Origin: a virus
Virus record (IMG/VR): IMGVR_UViG_3300036799_000108
Location: 2,543 to 66,542 of that record
DNA length: 64,000 nucleotides
Reading direction: 5' to 3' (one strand)
The position numbers and the translations under genes are program-made. Each line of letters begins with the position of its first letter. Positions within the stretch are counted from its first letter, which is position 1. Below the pieces are notes generated by a model that was given only the letters and a program-made list of their open reading frames with translations, made no database searches and was not told the DNA's origin. Below, piece by piece: positions 33,327 through 43,472 of this stretch.

Positions 33327-34811
33327 CTAGCTGACGATGATCGGCCCGATCTGGGCGCTGTTCACCGCGGTTGCGGTCCAGGCCGCGCCTGTGTTCGGGT
33401 CCGTGACGTCGGTGCGGTAGAGCCACGTCCAGACGCCCGCAGACAGGCTGCCAGCCGGTGTCGACTGGACCGTGGTCGAGCCAGACTTGAGCTGCATGGC
33501 AGTCGAGCGCGGCCCGGTGTCGCTCTTCTGGACGAACCCTCGTGTGGTCACCGCGATCGTCCCAGCCGGCGTGCTGCCGATCCCGGCGACGTTGTAGAAG
33601 TCCGCGTGGCTGACCGTGCTGTCGATGACATAGGATGTGGTGCCGTCCTGCTGCGCTTCGGCAACCACACTGCTGTTGGTGCCCACCGAGATCGTCAGCG
33701 AACAGACCACCGCTGCGGCGGCGCTGGTGGTCGGTGATGCGGCCGGGAAGCTCGCATAGGCAGTCGTGCTCTGGAGGCCGGTCGTGCCGCTGGCCACGCT
33801 CCAAGTGCCGGAAGCCGTGTCGCTGTCAAAGCCAATCCAATATTGCGTCCCCTTGGCCACGGCAACCGGCGTGCCAAAGGTGAGCGCATTGGAGCCACTG
33901 GCCGGGTTCGTGACGACGGTCGCAGATCCAAGCACGGTCGTTGGTGCGGTGCCGGAAGAAGCGAAGATGGAGCACTTGAGGTTGCCGGTATAGCCAGTGC
34001 CGAGCGAGACCGTCGCGGCGCCGATTGTGCCGTCATACGCCGCCGTGAATGCAGTGTAGCGGGCGGTGCCATTCGCGACGGCTGCGGTCGTCGATGCTGT
34101 GACTGGCGTCTGCGTGTTGACGGTTGGCGTCCGCGAGAACTGCACGCTGGCATCGGAGGCTGGCATGCGCGTGTAGCAGCGGATGTCGCCCATCCAGGCC
34201 ACGCTGCTCGCGTCGCTGCGCCAGAAGAGGTCGTCGATTGGCTGACCTGTCACCAAGGTGTTCAACCCAACCAACAGCTTATTAGCGTAGGCATTCGCCG
34301 AGTTCTGCGTGTCTATGCTTCCACTCGCAAAGTCATTGCTGGTGTTGCCGTTCTTTCTGACGTTGAACGCGCCGGTCGTGTTGTTGATAACGATCTCGAA
34401 TTCGAACGCATACCATGTATTGATCGTCGGGAAGGCTCCTGTGTAAGTCGCAAGGACCGTTCCGGCAGGCCCACCGGAGGTCAGCAGAATGGCACCATCG
34501 CTACGGAACACGATGGAGCATTGCGCTGTCGCCCCATCAAACAGTCCCAAATACAAACCCAAATTAGAGCCGGTGATCGTCGCAGTTTGCCTGAATGCAC
34601 ACACGATGTGGTGCACGGCATCGTTGACGCCAGACGTTTTGGTTAGAGAAACACTAAGGGAATTTCCGAGCTGCCACGCCTGACTGCCGGCGAAGCGTCC
34701 TGCGACCAGCGTGGTGAGCGAGCCAACCGTTGCGGCTGAGTCCCAATAGCCTTGGATCGCGTCAGCCGCCGCCGCATACAGGTCGAATCCGTCGCCAAAG
34801 TTGAACGCCAT
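33327..34811 (-). CDS. Tail-associated lectin-like protein, paralogue 1
   Basis: MAFNFGDGFDLY; same architecture. Confidence 0.8.
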   Translation of the reverse strand: MAFNFGDGFDLYAAAADAIQGYWDSAATVGSLTTLVAGRFAGSQAWQLGNSLSVSLTKTSGVNDAVHHIVCAFRQTATITGSNLGLYLGLFDGATAQCSIVFRSDGAILLTSGGPAGTVLATYTGAFPTINTWYAFEFEIVINNTTGAFNVRKNGNTSNDFASGSIDTQNSANAYANKLLVGLNTLVTGQPIDDLFWRSDASSVAWMGDIRCYTRMPASDASVQFSRTPTVNTQTPVTASTTAAVANGTARYTAFTAAYDGTIGAATVSLGTGYTGNLKCSIFASSGTAPTTVLGSATVVTNPASGSNALTFGTPVAVAKGTQYWIGFDSDTASGTWSVASGTTGLQSTTAYASFPAASPTTSAAAAVVCSLTISVGTNSSVVAEAQQDGTTSYVIDSTVSHADFYNVAGIGSTPAGTIAVTTRGFVQKSDTGPRSTAMQLKSGSTTVQSTPAGSLSAGVWTWLYRTDVTDPNTGAAWTATAVNSAQIGPIIVS

Positions 34812-34814
34812 GGC

Positions 34815-36260
34815 TCAGCTCCACGTCACGTTGAGGCTCAGCAGCGCATCGGTCGGTGAGCTGGTGACGCCCGAGATGACGGCGGTGATGTGCTGACCGG
34901 CGGTGAAGGTGTTCGCGGCGGTGGCCGTCGCCGTGGCCGCGGTCGTGTTGTTGACGGTGACCGCGCCAAGTCCCGTCACGTTCGTGCCGGCTATCTTCAC
35001 CGCAACGACGAACGAGCCGACCTCGGTGAAATAGGTGAGCGAGTTGATCGTGCCGTTGTAGGGCGGGTCGTAGGCGAAGAAGATCGTATCATTTTGAACG
35101 ATCGCCCCTGACACCCATTGGGCTTGCATGCGGGCAGCGCTGCGGGCTGATCCCGCCGGTCCGGTTGGACCGATGAGGTTCGCGACGACGGTGTAGGCAC
35201 CCGAGATCTTCTGGGAGACGTCGCCGGTCGTGTCGTTGAGGTAGAAGTCGCCATTGACGCCAAGGCCACTCGACGGTGCTCCTGTGCCGTTGCGCCAGAC
35301 GCTTCCTGCTGCCCCAGCAGCTCCCGTCGTGCCAGTCGCGCCGGCAGGCCCTCGCAGGTTCGCGACGACTGAATAGAGGCCAGAGGCCTTCAGGTAGACA
35401 TCGCCAAATGTGTGCTCGAGGTAGTAGTCGCCCTCGATGCCGAGAGTGCTGGCTGGCGGACCGGTGCCATCGCGCCAGGTCGTGCCATGGTCGCCTGTGC
35501 GGGTGAAGGTGAAGCCGAGATCGTCCAGACTGGAGAATGGGCTGGCGCTGGATTGCCCGATCGCGACAACGGCAAGCTCGGCATAGCCGGTGTGGGAGAT
35601 GTAGTCCGTGACGGAGAAGACCAGGAACTTTGTGCTGTCGAGGACATTGTAGAGGCGCACGGTGCCTTTCTCGGTGCTCGTGCCGGTATCGATGCTGGCC
35701 AGCACGCTGGTCCAGTCCGAACCGCTGAGATCGATGTTATCGAGGTAGATCCCGGTGGAGGCATTCTGCGTCGTGGCACTCAGCCGCAGCCGTCCCGCCC
35801 CCGGATCGGCATTCGTGGTCGTGGCGTCGAACTGATAGACCATCGAAACACCGCCACCAGCCGCCCCAGACACGCCAGGAGGGCCGGGGCCGCCAGTGCC
35901 GTAGCCGATGGTGTCGAAGCCGGTGCACTGGATCACAGCCCCGTTGCCGGCCGGTAGCGCGAAGGTCGCGCCCGTGAGCCCTCCCACGGTCACGGCAGCC
36001 GTGCCGGTGTTGCGCACCACGAACACGCGCTTGGTCAGGGGGATGATCAGCGAACGGGTGGTGCTGACGTTGGTGCAGACGAAGACCTGAAATCGCGTGA
36101 ACTGCGTCGTGGTGAGCGTGATGTTGCCGGCCGAGAAGTCCAGCACCAGTTGATCCTGCAGCGCTCCCTCGAGCTGCACGATCCCGTCGTTCATGGTGGT
36201 GGTTTTGTCGGTCTGCGTTGGCGCAGTCAGCGGGATCGACAGGATCGGTGAGACTGCCAT
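34815..36260 (-). CDS. Tail fibre protein with DUF2793-like N-terminus and collagen-like segments
   Basis: SPILSIP..QTDK..MND..LE; GPAGATGTTGAAGAAG; two WRxGTGxP..G..GDxYL repeats. Confidence 0.78.
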   Translation of the reverse strand: MAVSPILSIPLTAPTQTDKTTTMNDGIVQLEGALQDQLVLDFSAGNITLTTTQFTRFQVFVCTNVSTTRSLIIPLTKRVFVVRNTGTAAVTVGGLTGATFALPAGNGAVIQCTGFDTIGYGTGGPGPPGVSGAAGGGVSMVYQFDATTTNADPGAGRLRLSATTQNASTGIYLDNIDLSGSDWTSVLASIDTGTSTEKGTVRLYNVLDSTKFLVFSVTDYISHTGYAELAVVAIGQSSASPFSSLDDLGFTFTRTGDHGTTWRDGTGPPASTLGIEGDYYLEHTFGDVYLKASGLYSVVANLRGPAGATGTTGAAGAAGSVWRNGTGAPSSGLGVNGDFYLNDTTGDVSQKISGAYTVVANLIGPTGPAGSARSAARMQAQWVSGAIVQNDTIFFAYDPPYNGTINSLTYFTEVGSFVVAVKIAGTNVTGLGAVTVNNTTAATATATAANTFTAGQHITAVISGVTSSPTDALLSLNVTWS

Positions 36261-37427
36261 TTACCGCATCCTTCTCGCGCCGATGAAGCCAGTACAGCTC
36301 AGAGTGCCGCCAGCGAAGGTCACCATCGCAGACAGGTAGACGGTCGCCGTCGCTGCGAGAGAGAGCCGCATTCTGCCTGTCGTCAGGACGATCACATCGC
36401 CACCTTGCGTGGTTAACCCGTTGGTCCGCTGGAGTCCTCCCTGCAGCGTCGCCGGGTAGGCTGCGGATGTCGTGGACGGCCAGACAGAGATGTCGCTGAT
36501 CTTTGTTCCAGATGCTGGGATGGTCCCGACCTGCCCCTGCACATCCCAATCGCCAGCCGTCAGGCTGATGGTCGTCACATTGAGAGCCACCGCGTTGCTT
36601 GTGGTCACCCCTGGGCTCGCGACCGAGGCTGATATGAATTCGCCAATCTGTCCTGCTGCAGCATTGTCGTTGGTGGTGGTGCCAGCGCGGACTTGGGCTT
36701 GTGTCTGATACCCGGCCGGGTTGTTGGCGGCATACCTGCTTGTATCTACGGGATGTACATGATCGGCCCGGGCCCATGTCGTGCCGGTGCCGACCGCAAC
36801 AGTCCCGTCCATGGCTGGCGGCGTGCTGGAGGCGACAGGCACAACAGCGGTGACCTGGGCCGCGGTCTGGAAGCCACTCGGGTTGCTCGCCGCATAGCGC
36901 GACGTATCGACAGGATGGGTATGATCGCCGCGGGCGAAGCGCTGCGAAACACCGGCTGTTGGCGTACCGTTCATGAGCGGCGGCTGGGTCGATCCCTGGT
37001 TCTGCACGTATTCGGTCGTCGCAACGAGTTCGGAATTGTCGTCTATTGCCGGCGTATCGGTGCGGAGCGTGCCGGATCGGGCGAGGTCATGGACGAATTT
37101 CGTGGTCGCTATCGCATCCGAACTATCGGACGGCAGCATGCTGGGCGCTGTCGGTGAGCCTGTGAACTGCGGTGAGTTAATTGGTGCCCGCGAGGCGTCG
37201 GTGGGATGAATGTGGTCGGCGCGAGCGTACTGCTCCATCTTGCCCGCGCTTGGTGGCTGGTCCGACATCTCTGGTGGATGCGAACTGGCGAGCACAGTGA
37301 CGTATGTCGCGAAGACGTCTAGCGACGCATTCAAAGGCGCGTCGATACCGACCCGTGCGATCGGCACCACGTCATTGGCGAACAACTCCACGACAGGCGT
37401 CGCATCACTGATTTTGACGTCAGGCAT
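36261..37427 (-). CDS. Tail fibre protein with three RxDHxHP repeats
   Basis: ARADHIHP, ARGDHTHP, ARADHVHP; C-terminal NAAAGQIGE..LTAGDWDV. Confidence 0.8.
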   Translation of the reverse strand: MPDVKISDATPVVELFANDVVPIARVGIDAPLNASLDVFATYVTVLASSHPPEMSDQPPSAGKMEQYARADHIHPTDASRAPINSPQFTGSPTAPSMLPSDSSDAIATTKFVHDLARSGTLRTDTPAIDDNSELVATTEYVQNQGSTQPPLMNGTPTAGVSQRFARGDHTHPVDTSRYAASNPSGFQTAAQVTAVVPVASSTPPAMDGTVAVGTGTTWARADHVHPVDTSRYAANNPAGYQTQAQVRAGTTTNDNAAAGQIGEFISASVASPGVTTSNAVALNVTTISLTAGDWDVQGQVGTIPASGTKISDISVWPSTTSAAYPATLQGGLQRTNGLTTQGGDVIVLTTGRMRLSLAATATVYLSAMVTFAGGTLSCTGFIGARRMR

Positions 37428-37433
37428 CGCGTG

Positions 37434-40400
37434 TCATCCCCAAATGAAGCCAGACCAACTGCCGGTGCCGTCCTCGAGCCCTATCGTCAACGAGCCACCA
37501 GGCGGCTCCAGAACATGCAGCCCTGGGAAGCCCCGGCCGACGACAGCACTGATCTGATAGATCACGGCGTAGAGGATGCTGGTAGTGATGTCGAAGCCGT
37601 CCGTGGTCATTTGGGTCGCGGTGTAGGTCAGTGTCGCGCTGGTGAGGCCGAGGAAGGCACGGGTGTAGGTTGCTGGCACTGTCGGATCAAAGAGGGAAAC
37701 GTCGGCGCTCGGCATCAGATAGACCTCGTAGGCCTCGCTCTCCTCGCCGAGTGGCGCGGTGTCGGTGCCGTCCACCAGGAGGCCGCCGAGACGGGTGCGG
37801 CGGACCCAGGTCAGCACGAGGTTGCTGCCGCTGATGCCGCGCTTGGCGTTGACCGGTGCATACGGCATCAGGTCGAACGCGCGATAGGCGAAGCTATCCG
37901 CCGTTGTGCTATCGAGGAAGCGTCCGCTCGGCACCAGCTTCCAGAGCGTGGTCACGCCGCGCTGGGCCAGCGACAGCCTGCCGGGCTGTATCTTGGTCAC
38001 CTCAAGCATGACAACCAACTCACCGAGGACATGCTCGCCGCACGCCCATTCGGTGCCGCGGCGTCCGCGCAGCAGGATGCTCAGTGTGTAGGAGCCATCG
38101 GCGTTCCGCGTCGCCGTCTGGAACTGGATGATCTCGCGCCCTACCAGGACCGGGTTCACGCCGTTCATCATGTCCAGATACGTGCAGCTCGTCGGCGTCG
38201 CCGAACCGGCTGTCGGGGCATAGGAGACGGTATTCAGATAGTCGGTGGCGAAGGCGGCGACCGTGTCGCCAAGTACGGTGGTGGCGCTGCCCCAGTCAGC
38301 AAAGTTCGCGAACGTGCTGAACACCGGCCACGCGTTGCCATCGGTGCTCTGGTAGAGGGTCGCGGTGGTTGACGTCGAGATCGAGCCGCTTCCGCCGCCA
38401 GCGTAGTAGATACGCATCTCGGTGCCGCCGGTATCGTCGCTGTCCTGCAGCAGCGGCACGTTGAACTGCATCAGCTCCATCGGGCTGGACTGCGTGATGG
38501 TCTGCGGGAGGAATGAGACAAGTGCCCCGCGCGCGTTCGATGCCACGAATGTCTCGACATCCTCGGAGGCGAGGTCGAGCTTCATGGTGTAGTCGTCGCC
38601 CATCTCCGTGGTCTGGATGCGAAGGGTGACCTGGTCACCGGACTCGAATACGACGGTGATGTTGTCGCAGGGATCGAGCCACATGTACTTCTGGCCCATC
38701 ATCGTCTTGAACGTGTCGCGTTCGGCCCACATCGTATAGAGCCAGGTCTCTGCGATGTTCTGTGCACCTGGATTATGCGCGACGACCGGCAGGTCCAATG
38801 TCTTCACGCGTTGGCTGAACACCGTCGGCACCGGCAGCGCAATGCGCTTGGCGTAGGAAGCGCCGGGCTGGAAGTCGAGATCGATGTCGGTATATCGCAC
38901 GTTGATCTGGAGCGGCATCTCCTGCTCGACCGTGCGCTTCTGCTCCCAGTATTTCGATGGGTCGTTTGGGTCGCTCGATGAGAGATCGGATTGCGGGATG
39001 GTGACGATCGGGCCGGCGCCGCGCTGCACAAACTTCAGCTTATAGTCACTCTCCGTCATGTCGATCTGGTACGTGTGGCAGAGGTCCATGATGGCGCTGC
39101 CGTAGCTCTTCTCCGCGGTGATCGCGTAGCCGACGGTGCTGGCCGAGACGTTTGTCACATCGATTGAGGCATCATCAATCCCGGCGCGCAGGCAGAGATC
39201 GCGGAGGATGTCGGCAACCGGCACCTCGTTCGCTGCGGCACGCTGCAGGTAGATGACCCACATATCATGGGACTGGTTGTACTCGTCGATGACCATCGCG
39301 TTGAGGGCGCTGGAGTAGCCCCACATGAAATCCGCGTGAACCTGCGGGCCGCTGGTGTGGTATTTGACCGACTGCCCACCGTCGATGCTCTGAGTGACCC
39401 AGTAGTCGTTGCCTCCGCCTTGCGTTGCCCCCAGACGGCCGGCATCGAGCATTGTGTAGGCAGAGGCCGTGTAGCTCTGCCACGCGCCCGCAATTTTTCC
39501 TGGCGTGATCCAGATGAAGCGGCCATCTCGCCATTTGAAGGTAACGTTACCGACGAGATCTGCTGTGATGATGAGCGAGTCATCCGATGGGTCATAATTG
39601 ACCTGTACCCCCCACCAGAAGCCGAAGACCGCCTCAAGAGAAGGGAGGCCAAGATCAGCCGGCAGAATGGCGGCGACTTCTTCGCATCTAACTCCAGCTG
39701 GGTCTTGGCTATTGGCGACGACTTTATGGATGTAAAGGAAGTCAACGTCTGCTGGTGGGCCAAGAATTCCCGGCGACGCCTGCACGATCCAAAGCTCGGT
39801 GAAGCCGCTGATTGTGTCCTGGTTGCCAATGCACGCAGCGGAGAAGTAGCCGCCCGGATAACCGCCGTTGTAATGCGTTGGCAGAATGCCTGAGAGCGTC
39901 CCGAACTTGGGATTGACGACGTACCAGAGTTCCCAGTTGTAGGTGGCAACCAAAATCATGCAGAAGGGATCGACGCCATATGCCTGGATCTGGAAGGGGA
40001 TGAGTGTCCAGGGCCAATCGTTGTTCCAAATGGACGCCGAACGCCACAACGGGAATGAATAGGTCATCCGCATCGTATCAGCATCGACCGCAATAAGATG
40101 CGGGCCGTCAGCAGCTACGGTCGTGACATAGAGATCGCTCTCACCTTGGCACACAGCGACGCCGCCACCCAGCATAAAAAGCGGAGCAGGAACTGCGGTT
40201 GGGTTGACGGATAGTATCTCCGCAATGGTCGCGTGCTTGACCTCCGCGCCAGACAGCATGTCGAACACGGTCAGCACCGTGTTGGACTGATCAGGTAACG
40301 ACAGCGGGTTCGCCAACTGGTAGACGCGATTGCTCGTCCAATCGACCGCAACGCTCTGGATGTCGACCAAACTGCCAACATCCGAAATGGCGTTGCCGGC

Positions 40401-41054
40401 GCTCCGGACCAGTTTCTTGGTGATGATCCTGTCATCCCAATCCGTCGCCCACGCCGCGGTGACGTTGGGCATCCGGTTGCCGTAGTGCGCGAGGTCGATG
40501 TTGTCGAAGACCAAATAGCAAAGGCCGCGATAGGCTGGACAGGACTCTGGCGGGATGACGAACTGCGACACCCAGTTGGCGATCTGCGGATCGGGAAGCT
40601 GGTCTTCCGCGCCTTCATAGAGGCGAATGGCGAACGTGTTCTTGCTCAGCTCGTGCGGGTCGGTCGACGTGTTGTCGTAGAAGAGGTTCCCGTCGAGCCA
40701 TAGCTTGAGTGGCCGGGCGACACCCTGACAGAACGCGAAAGCCGCTGACTGATGGTAGCTGTAGGTGGTGTTGCCGAACCCCTTGCCGATGCCGTGCTTC
40801 TTAGTGGAGATGTCGGTCTCCCAGATCACCGTCGCGGGAAACCGGCCCTGGCCGTAGAGGATCGGGATGAAATGCCCATAGGAGCTTGATGCGAATTGGG
40901 CATCGGCGATCAGCGGTTTGGCCGCGCGATTGAATATCAGCGAGCCGATCAGGCCGCCGGCGAGGCCGCCGATCGCGCCGCCCACCGGGCCGAAGAATGA
41001 TCCAATGAGTGTGCCGCCCACCGAGAAGGCGGTCATGCCTGCTTGCTGGCCCAT
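37434..41054 (-). CDS. GTA-type host-specificity / central tail tip protein (RcGTA g15 / lambda J-like)
   Basis: SSYGHFIPILYG, PAYRGLCYLVF, EIIQF..A..LLRGRRGTE, WVRRTR, PLGEESEAY. Confidence 0.9.
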   Translation of the reverse strand: MGQQAGMTAFSVGGTLIGSFFGPVGGAIGGLAGGLIGSLIFNRAAKPLIADAQFASSSYGHFIPILYGQGRFPATVIWETDISTKKHGIGKGFGNTTYSYHQSAAFAFCQGVARPLKLWLDGNLFYDNTSTDPHELSKNTFAIRLYEGAEDQLPDPQIANWVSQFVIPPESCPAYRGLCYLVFDNIDLAHYGNRMPNVTAAWATDWDDRIITKKLVRSAGNAISDVGSLVDIQSVAVDWTSNRVYQLANPLSLPDQSNTVLTVFDMLSGAEVKHATIAEILSVNPTAVPAPLFMLGGGVAVCQGESDLYVTTVAADGPHLIAVDADTMRMTYSFPLWRSASIWNNDWPWTLIPFQIQAYGVDPFCMILVATYNWELWYVVNPKFGTLSGILPTHYNGGYPGGYFSAACIGNQDTISGFTELWIVQASPGILGPPADVDFLYIHKVVANSQDPAGVRCEEVAAILPADLGLPSLEAVFGFWWGVQVNYDPSDDSLIITADLVGNVTFKWRDGRFIWITPGKIAGAWQSYTASAYTMLDAGRLGATQGGGNDYWVTQSIDGGQSVKYHTSGPQVHADFMWGYSSALNAMVIDEYNQSHDMWVIYLQRAAANEVPVADILRDLCLRAGIDDASIDVTNVSASTVGYAITAEKSYGSAIMDLCHTYQIDMTESDYKLKFVQRGAGPIVTIPQSDLSSSDPNDPSKYWEQKRTVEQEMPLQINVRYTDIDLDFQPGASYAKRIALPVPTVFSQRVKTLDLPVVAHNPGAQNIAETWLYTMWAERDTFKTMMGQKYMWLDPCDNITVVFESGDQVTLRIQTTEMGDDYTMKLDLASEDVETFVASNARGALVSFLPQTITQSSPMELMQFNVPLLQDSDDTGGTEMRIYYAGGGSGSISTSTTATLYQSTDGNAWPVFSTFANFADWGSATTVLGDTVAAFATDYLNTVSYAPTAGSATPTSCTYLDMMNGVNPVLVGREIIQFQTATRNADGSYTLSILLRGRRGTEWACGEHVLGELVVMLEVTKIQPGRLSLAQRGVTTLWKLVPSGRFLDSTTADSFAYRAFDLMPYAPVNAKRGISGSNLVLTWVRRTRLGGLLVDGTDTAPLGEESEAYEVYLMPSADVSLFDPTVPATYTRAFLGLTSATLTYTATQMTTDGFDITTSILYAVIYQISAVVGRGFPGLHVLEPPGGSLTIGLEDGTGSWSGFIWG

Positions 41055-41485
41055 TAGAGGTCGAGCCCCGGAAAGCCGAACAAGCCGATAAGACGCAGAT
41101 GGTTACGCGGCATGTGCTGCCACGCCTCCTCGAGCACGCAGCCAGGGCTGATGCGGGCGTGGATGAGATGCACGGCGTTATGCTTCTCGCTGAAGATGCC
41201 GACGTGCCCTGGCAGACGGCGCTCGGCGAACACGCCGATGGTGCCGGGCAAGGCGGTCGAGGGTGGAATGGCGTCGAGAAAGCGGCCGAGCTTCTTCAGG
41301 ATCATCAAGTCCTGCCGCGGCCACAGGGAATAGTCGTGCTCGTCCTCATGTGGGATGTCGAAGGCGCGTCCCACCACGATCAGGAAGCCGATGCAGTCCA
41401 GGCCATCAGCCGTGCGCCCACGGTGAAGGTAAGGCACCCGCAGCCACTTCCGAGCCTCGGCCTGGACCTCTCCGCGCGTCATCAT
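41054..41485 (-). CDS. NlpC/P60 tail peptidase (GTA g14-like)
   Basis: ARKWLRVPYLHRGR..GLDCIG..HVGI..IHA. Confidence 0.9.
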   Translation of the reverse strand: MMTRGEVQAEARKWLRVPYLHRGRTADGLDCIGFLIVVGRAFDIPHEDEHDYSLWPRQDLMILKKLGRFLDAIPPSTALPGTIGVFAERRLPGHVGIFSEKHNAVHLIHARISPGCVLEEAWQHMPRNHLRLIGLFGFPGLDL

Positions 41486-42822
41486 CAGGCATCCGGGTAG
41501 CTCAGCAGCTTGTCCAACATCGGCATGTCCGGCTCGGCGCGGAAGTTGATGATGTTGTTGAACGTGCTGAAGCAGGTATCGCGCCGCTTGTCGCAGCCAG
41601 GATAGGCGAAGAACTTGTCGCCGACCTGGATCGGGAAGTTCATCTGGAGCCACAGATGGATCGTCCCGGTCGAGGTATCGTAGGTCTTGATCTCCATCGA
41701 CCGGCCAGCATTCAGTCCGTCGATCCAGGTGACGGTGCCGCCATCGAACGGTGCGGCCTGGAAGTTCTGGACCACGATGCCACGCAAGCTGTCGCCGATC
41801 TTGATGATGCTGCCTGGAAGGCCGGACGAATTGTTAAAGAAGACGGTGTCGGTGGTCTGCGTGACTGCTATGGCCCAGTCGGTGTGGTCGATCATGAATG
41901 CGTAGAAGGCAGCCTTCGCGTCGGTGCGCTTTTGGTCGTAGGGCCAGAAGTATGCGTGACTGATCGCGCCATCCGAGACGGTGATCTGAGTGCCCGTGCT
42001 GACGTTGTCGCGGAAGGAGATCGACGCGCTGTTGGAGGTGACACCCGGCGCTGCGGGAACCTGGAGGATGGACACGAACTGCCGCTGGTTGATCGCCGTG
42101 TCGACGGCGAAGATGCCGCGCCAGAACGGCATCGAGATCCATGAGATGGTGTTGTCCGCAGTCGTAGAGTCGATGGACGTATTCCACGACGGCTCTGTGG
42201 CTCCCGTGGTGCCTGCGCCCTGGGCCCGGAAGATAGCCACCTTCAGGTCGTCCGATGTCTGTGTCGCTGCCTGCACATAGAAGTCCTGGGCAACGGACAG
42301 GTGTGGTGACCATTGCCGCGGCTTGATCGGCACCTTGCATTTGGCGTCGCCGAGATCGGCCCGGCAGAGCGGCATGTAGTCGCTGCCGAACTCCTGCACG
42401 AGCGCTTGCGTCATGCCCCTCAGTTCCGCCGTGAAGATCCCGGCCGGAGACAGCGTGCATTCCCCCAGCCAGCCACGACGCAACCGGCAAATGCCCTGGC
42501 TCAAGTTGGCCCAGTTCACCGCGAACACGTAGATGGTGGCGTAGTCGAACAGGCCGTTCTTCAGGTCTTGCTCGGTGATGGCGTCGGGCTGGAAGAAGCC
42601 GATCACATCCACATTGTCGACCTCGCCGGTCGAGTTGGTCTGGATCGCGCTGCGCGTGAACCCCGCGGTCGATGAGTAGGTGATGCCGCCGACCACCAGG
42701 TCATCGTCGAACGAGGTGAAGGCGAACTGCACGCCATCGGTCCGCACAATTTGCCAGCAGATCGCAATGGTGGTGACCGGCTGCGCCAAGTGCGTGCGCA
42801 GGGTCGGGGAGATCGTCTTCAC
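41485..42822 (-). CDS. DUF2163 tail hub protein (GTA g13-like) with internal insertion
   Basis: R.DG..F.FTSFD, CRADLGDAKC, GCDKRRDTC..FNNIINFRAEP. Confidence 0.9.
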   Translation of the reverse strand: MKTISPTLRTHLAQPVTTIAICWQIVRTDGVQFAFTSFDDDLVVGGITYSSTAGFTRSAIQTNSTGEVDNVDVIGFFQPDAITEQDLKNGLFDYATIYVFAVNWANLSQGICRLRRGWLGECTLSPAGIFTAELRGMTQALVQEFGSDYMPLCRADLGDAKCKVPIKPRQWSPHLSVAQDFYVQAATQTSDDLKVAIFRAQGAGTTGATEPSWNTSIDSTTADNTISWISMPFWRGIFAVDTAINQRQFVSILQVPAAPGVTSNSASISFRDNVSTGTQITVSDGAISHAYFWPYDQKRTDAKAAFYAFMIDHTDWAIAVTQTTDTVFFNNSSGLPGSIIKIGDSLRGIVVQNFQAAPFDGGTVTWIDGLNAGRSMEIKTYDTSTGTIHLWLQMNFPIQVGDKFFAYPGCDKRRDTCFSTFNNIINFRAEPDMPMLDKLLSYPDA

Positions 42823-43472
42823 TTGATCTCCCTCGTTTCGACAATTGGAATTGGCTGCCAGGAGAAGTTGTCGACCATGGTGGTGGTGAGCTTCATGTCG
42901 TCCGTGTCGAACCGGCACGGCACATCGAACTCGCACACCACAGCGATCTGGTGACCGGTGGTGGTGTAGATGGACGAATTGAGGGTGATGATGCCTGTCG
43001 TGAGATCAACGGTGAAGGCGAATGTCTGCACGCCGTTGTTCAGCATCTGCACGGTGCCGGCGACGGGCTTGGCAATGGTTCGCACATACGATCCCGCCGT
43101 ATCGCCATAGACCTTCACGATCTGAAAGGTCCGGGTTGTGCCATCGGTGGTGAACTGCACCTGGATGGGCGCGAGATCGCCGGGGACGTCGACCCAGCGC
43201 GGCAGGCGATAGTCCGCCCAGTCCTTGAAGCGAAAGCCGTAGGCCTTGCCGTTCCGCGCATGGAAGAACGCCAGGAGCTGCTCGACCTGCGCGTCGGTCT
43301 TCAGGCCGTGGCTGACGTCCCACTCGCCGCGCGACTTCGCCCAGTTGATGTTGCGCTGCTCCGTGCCGCCCGAGAGCGTCGTGACGGTGGTCGAGAAGCG
43401 CGGACCGCCGACGGCGCCCATCGAGATCGATGGTGGGAACTGGATCTCGTGAAACGCCGGCACGCGGCTCAC
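42819..43472 (-). CDS. DUF2460 distal tail protein (GTA g12-like)
   Basis: FHEIQFP..GGPRFST..FF.AR.G..GFRFKDWAD..EFDVPCRFDTD. Confidence 0.93.
   Translation of the reverse strand: MSRVPAFHEIQFPPSISMGAVGGPRFSTTVTTLSGGTEQRNINWAKSRGEWDVSHGLKTDAQVEQLLAFFHARNGKAYGFRFKDWADYRLPRWVDVPGDLAPIQVQFTTDGTTRTFQIVKVYGDTAGSYVRTIAKPVAGTVQMLNNGVQTFAFTVDLTTGIITLNSSIYTTTGHQIAVVCEFDVPCRFDTDDMKLTTTMVDNFSWQPIPIVETREIK

Noticed and set aside
28082-37427. Diversity-generating retroelement or invertible shufflon for the tail genes
   Set aside because: No reverse transcriptase, no adenine-specific TR/VR pair and no invertase; the paralogues differ at all base types
42819-43472. Calling the region a gene transfer agent
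   Set aside because: Only the tail-tip genes are GTA-like; replication, immunity and accessory modules show an autonomous phage
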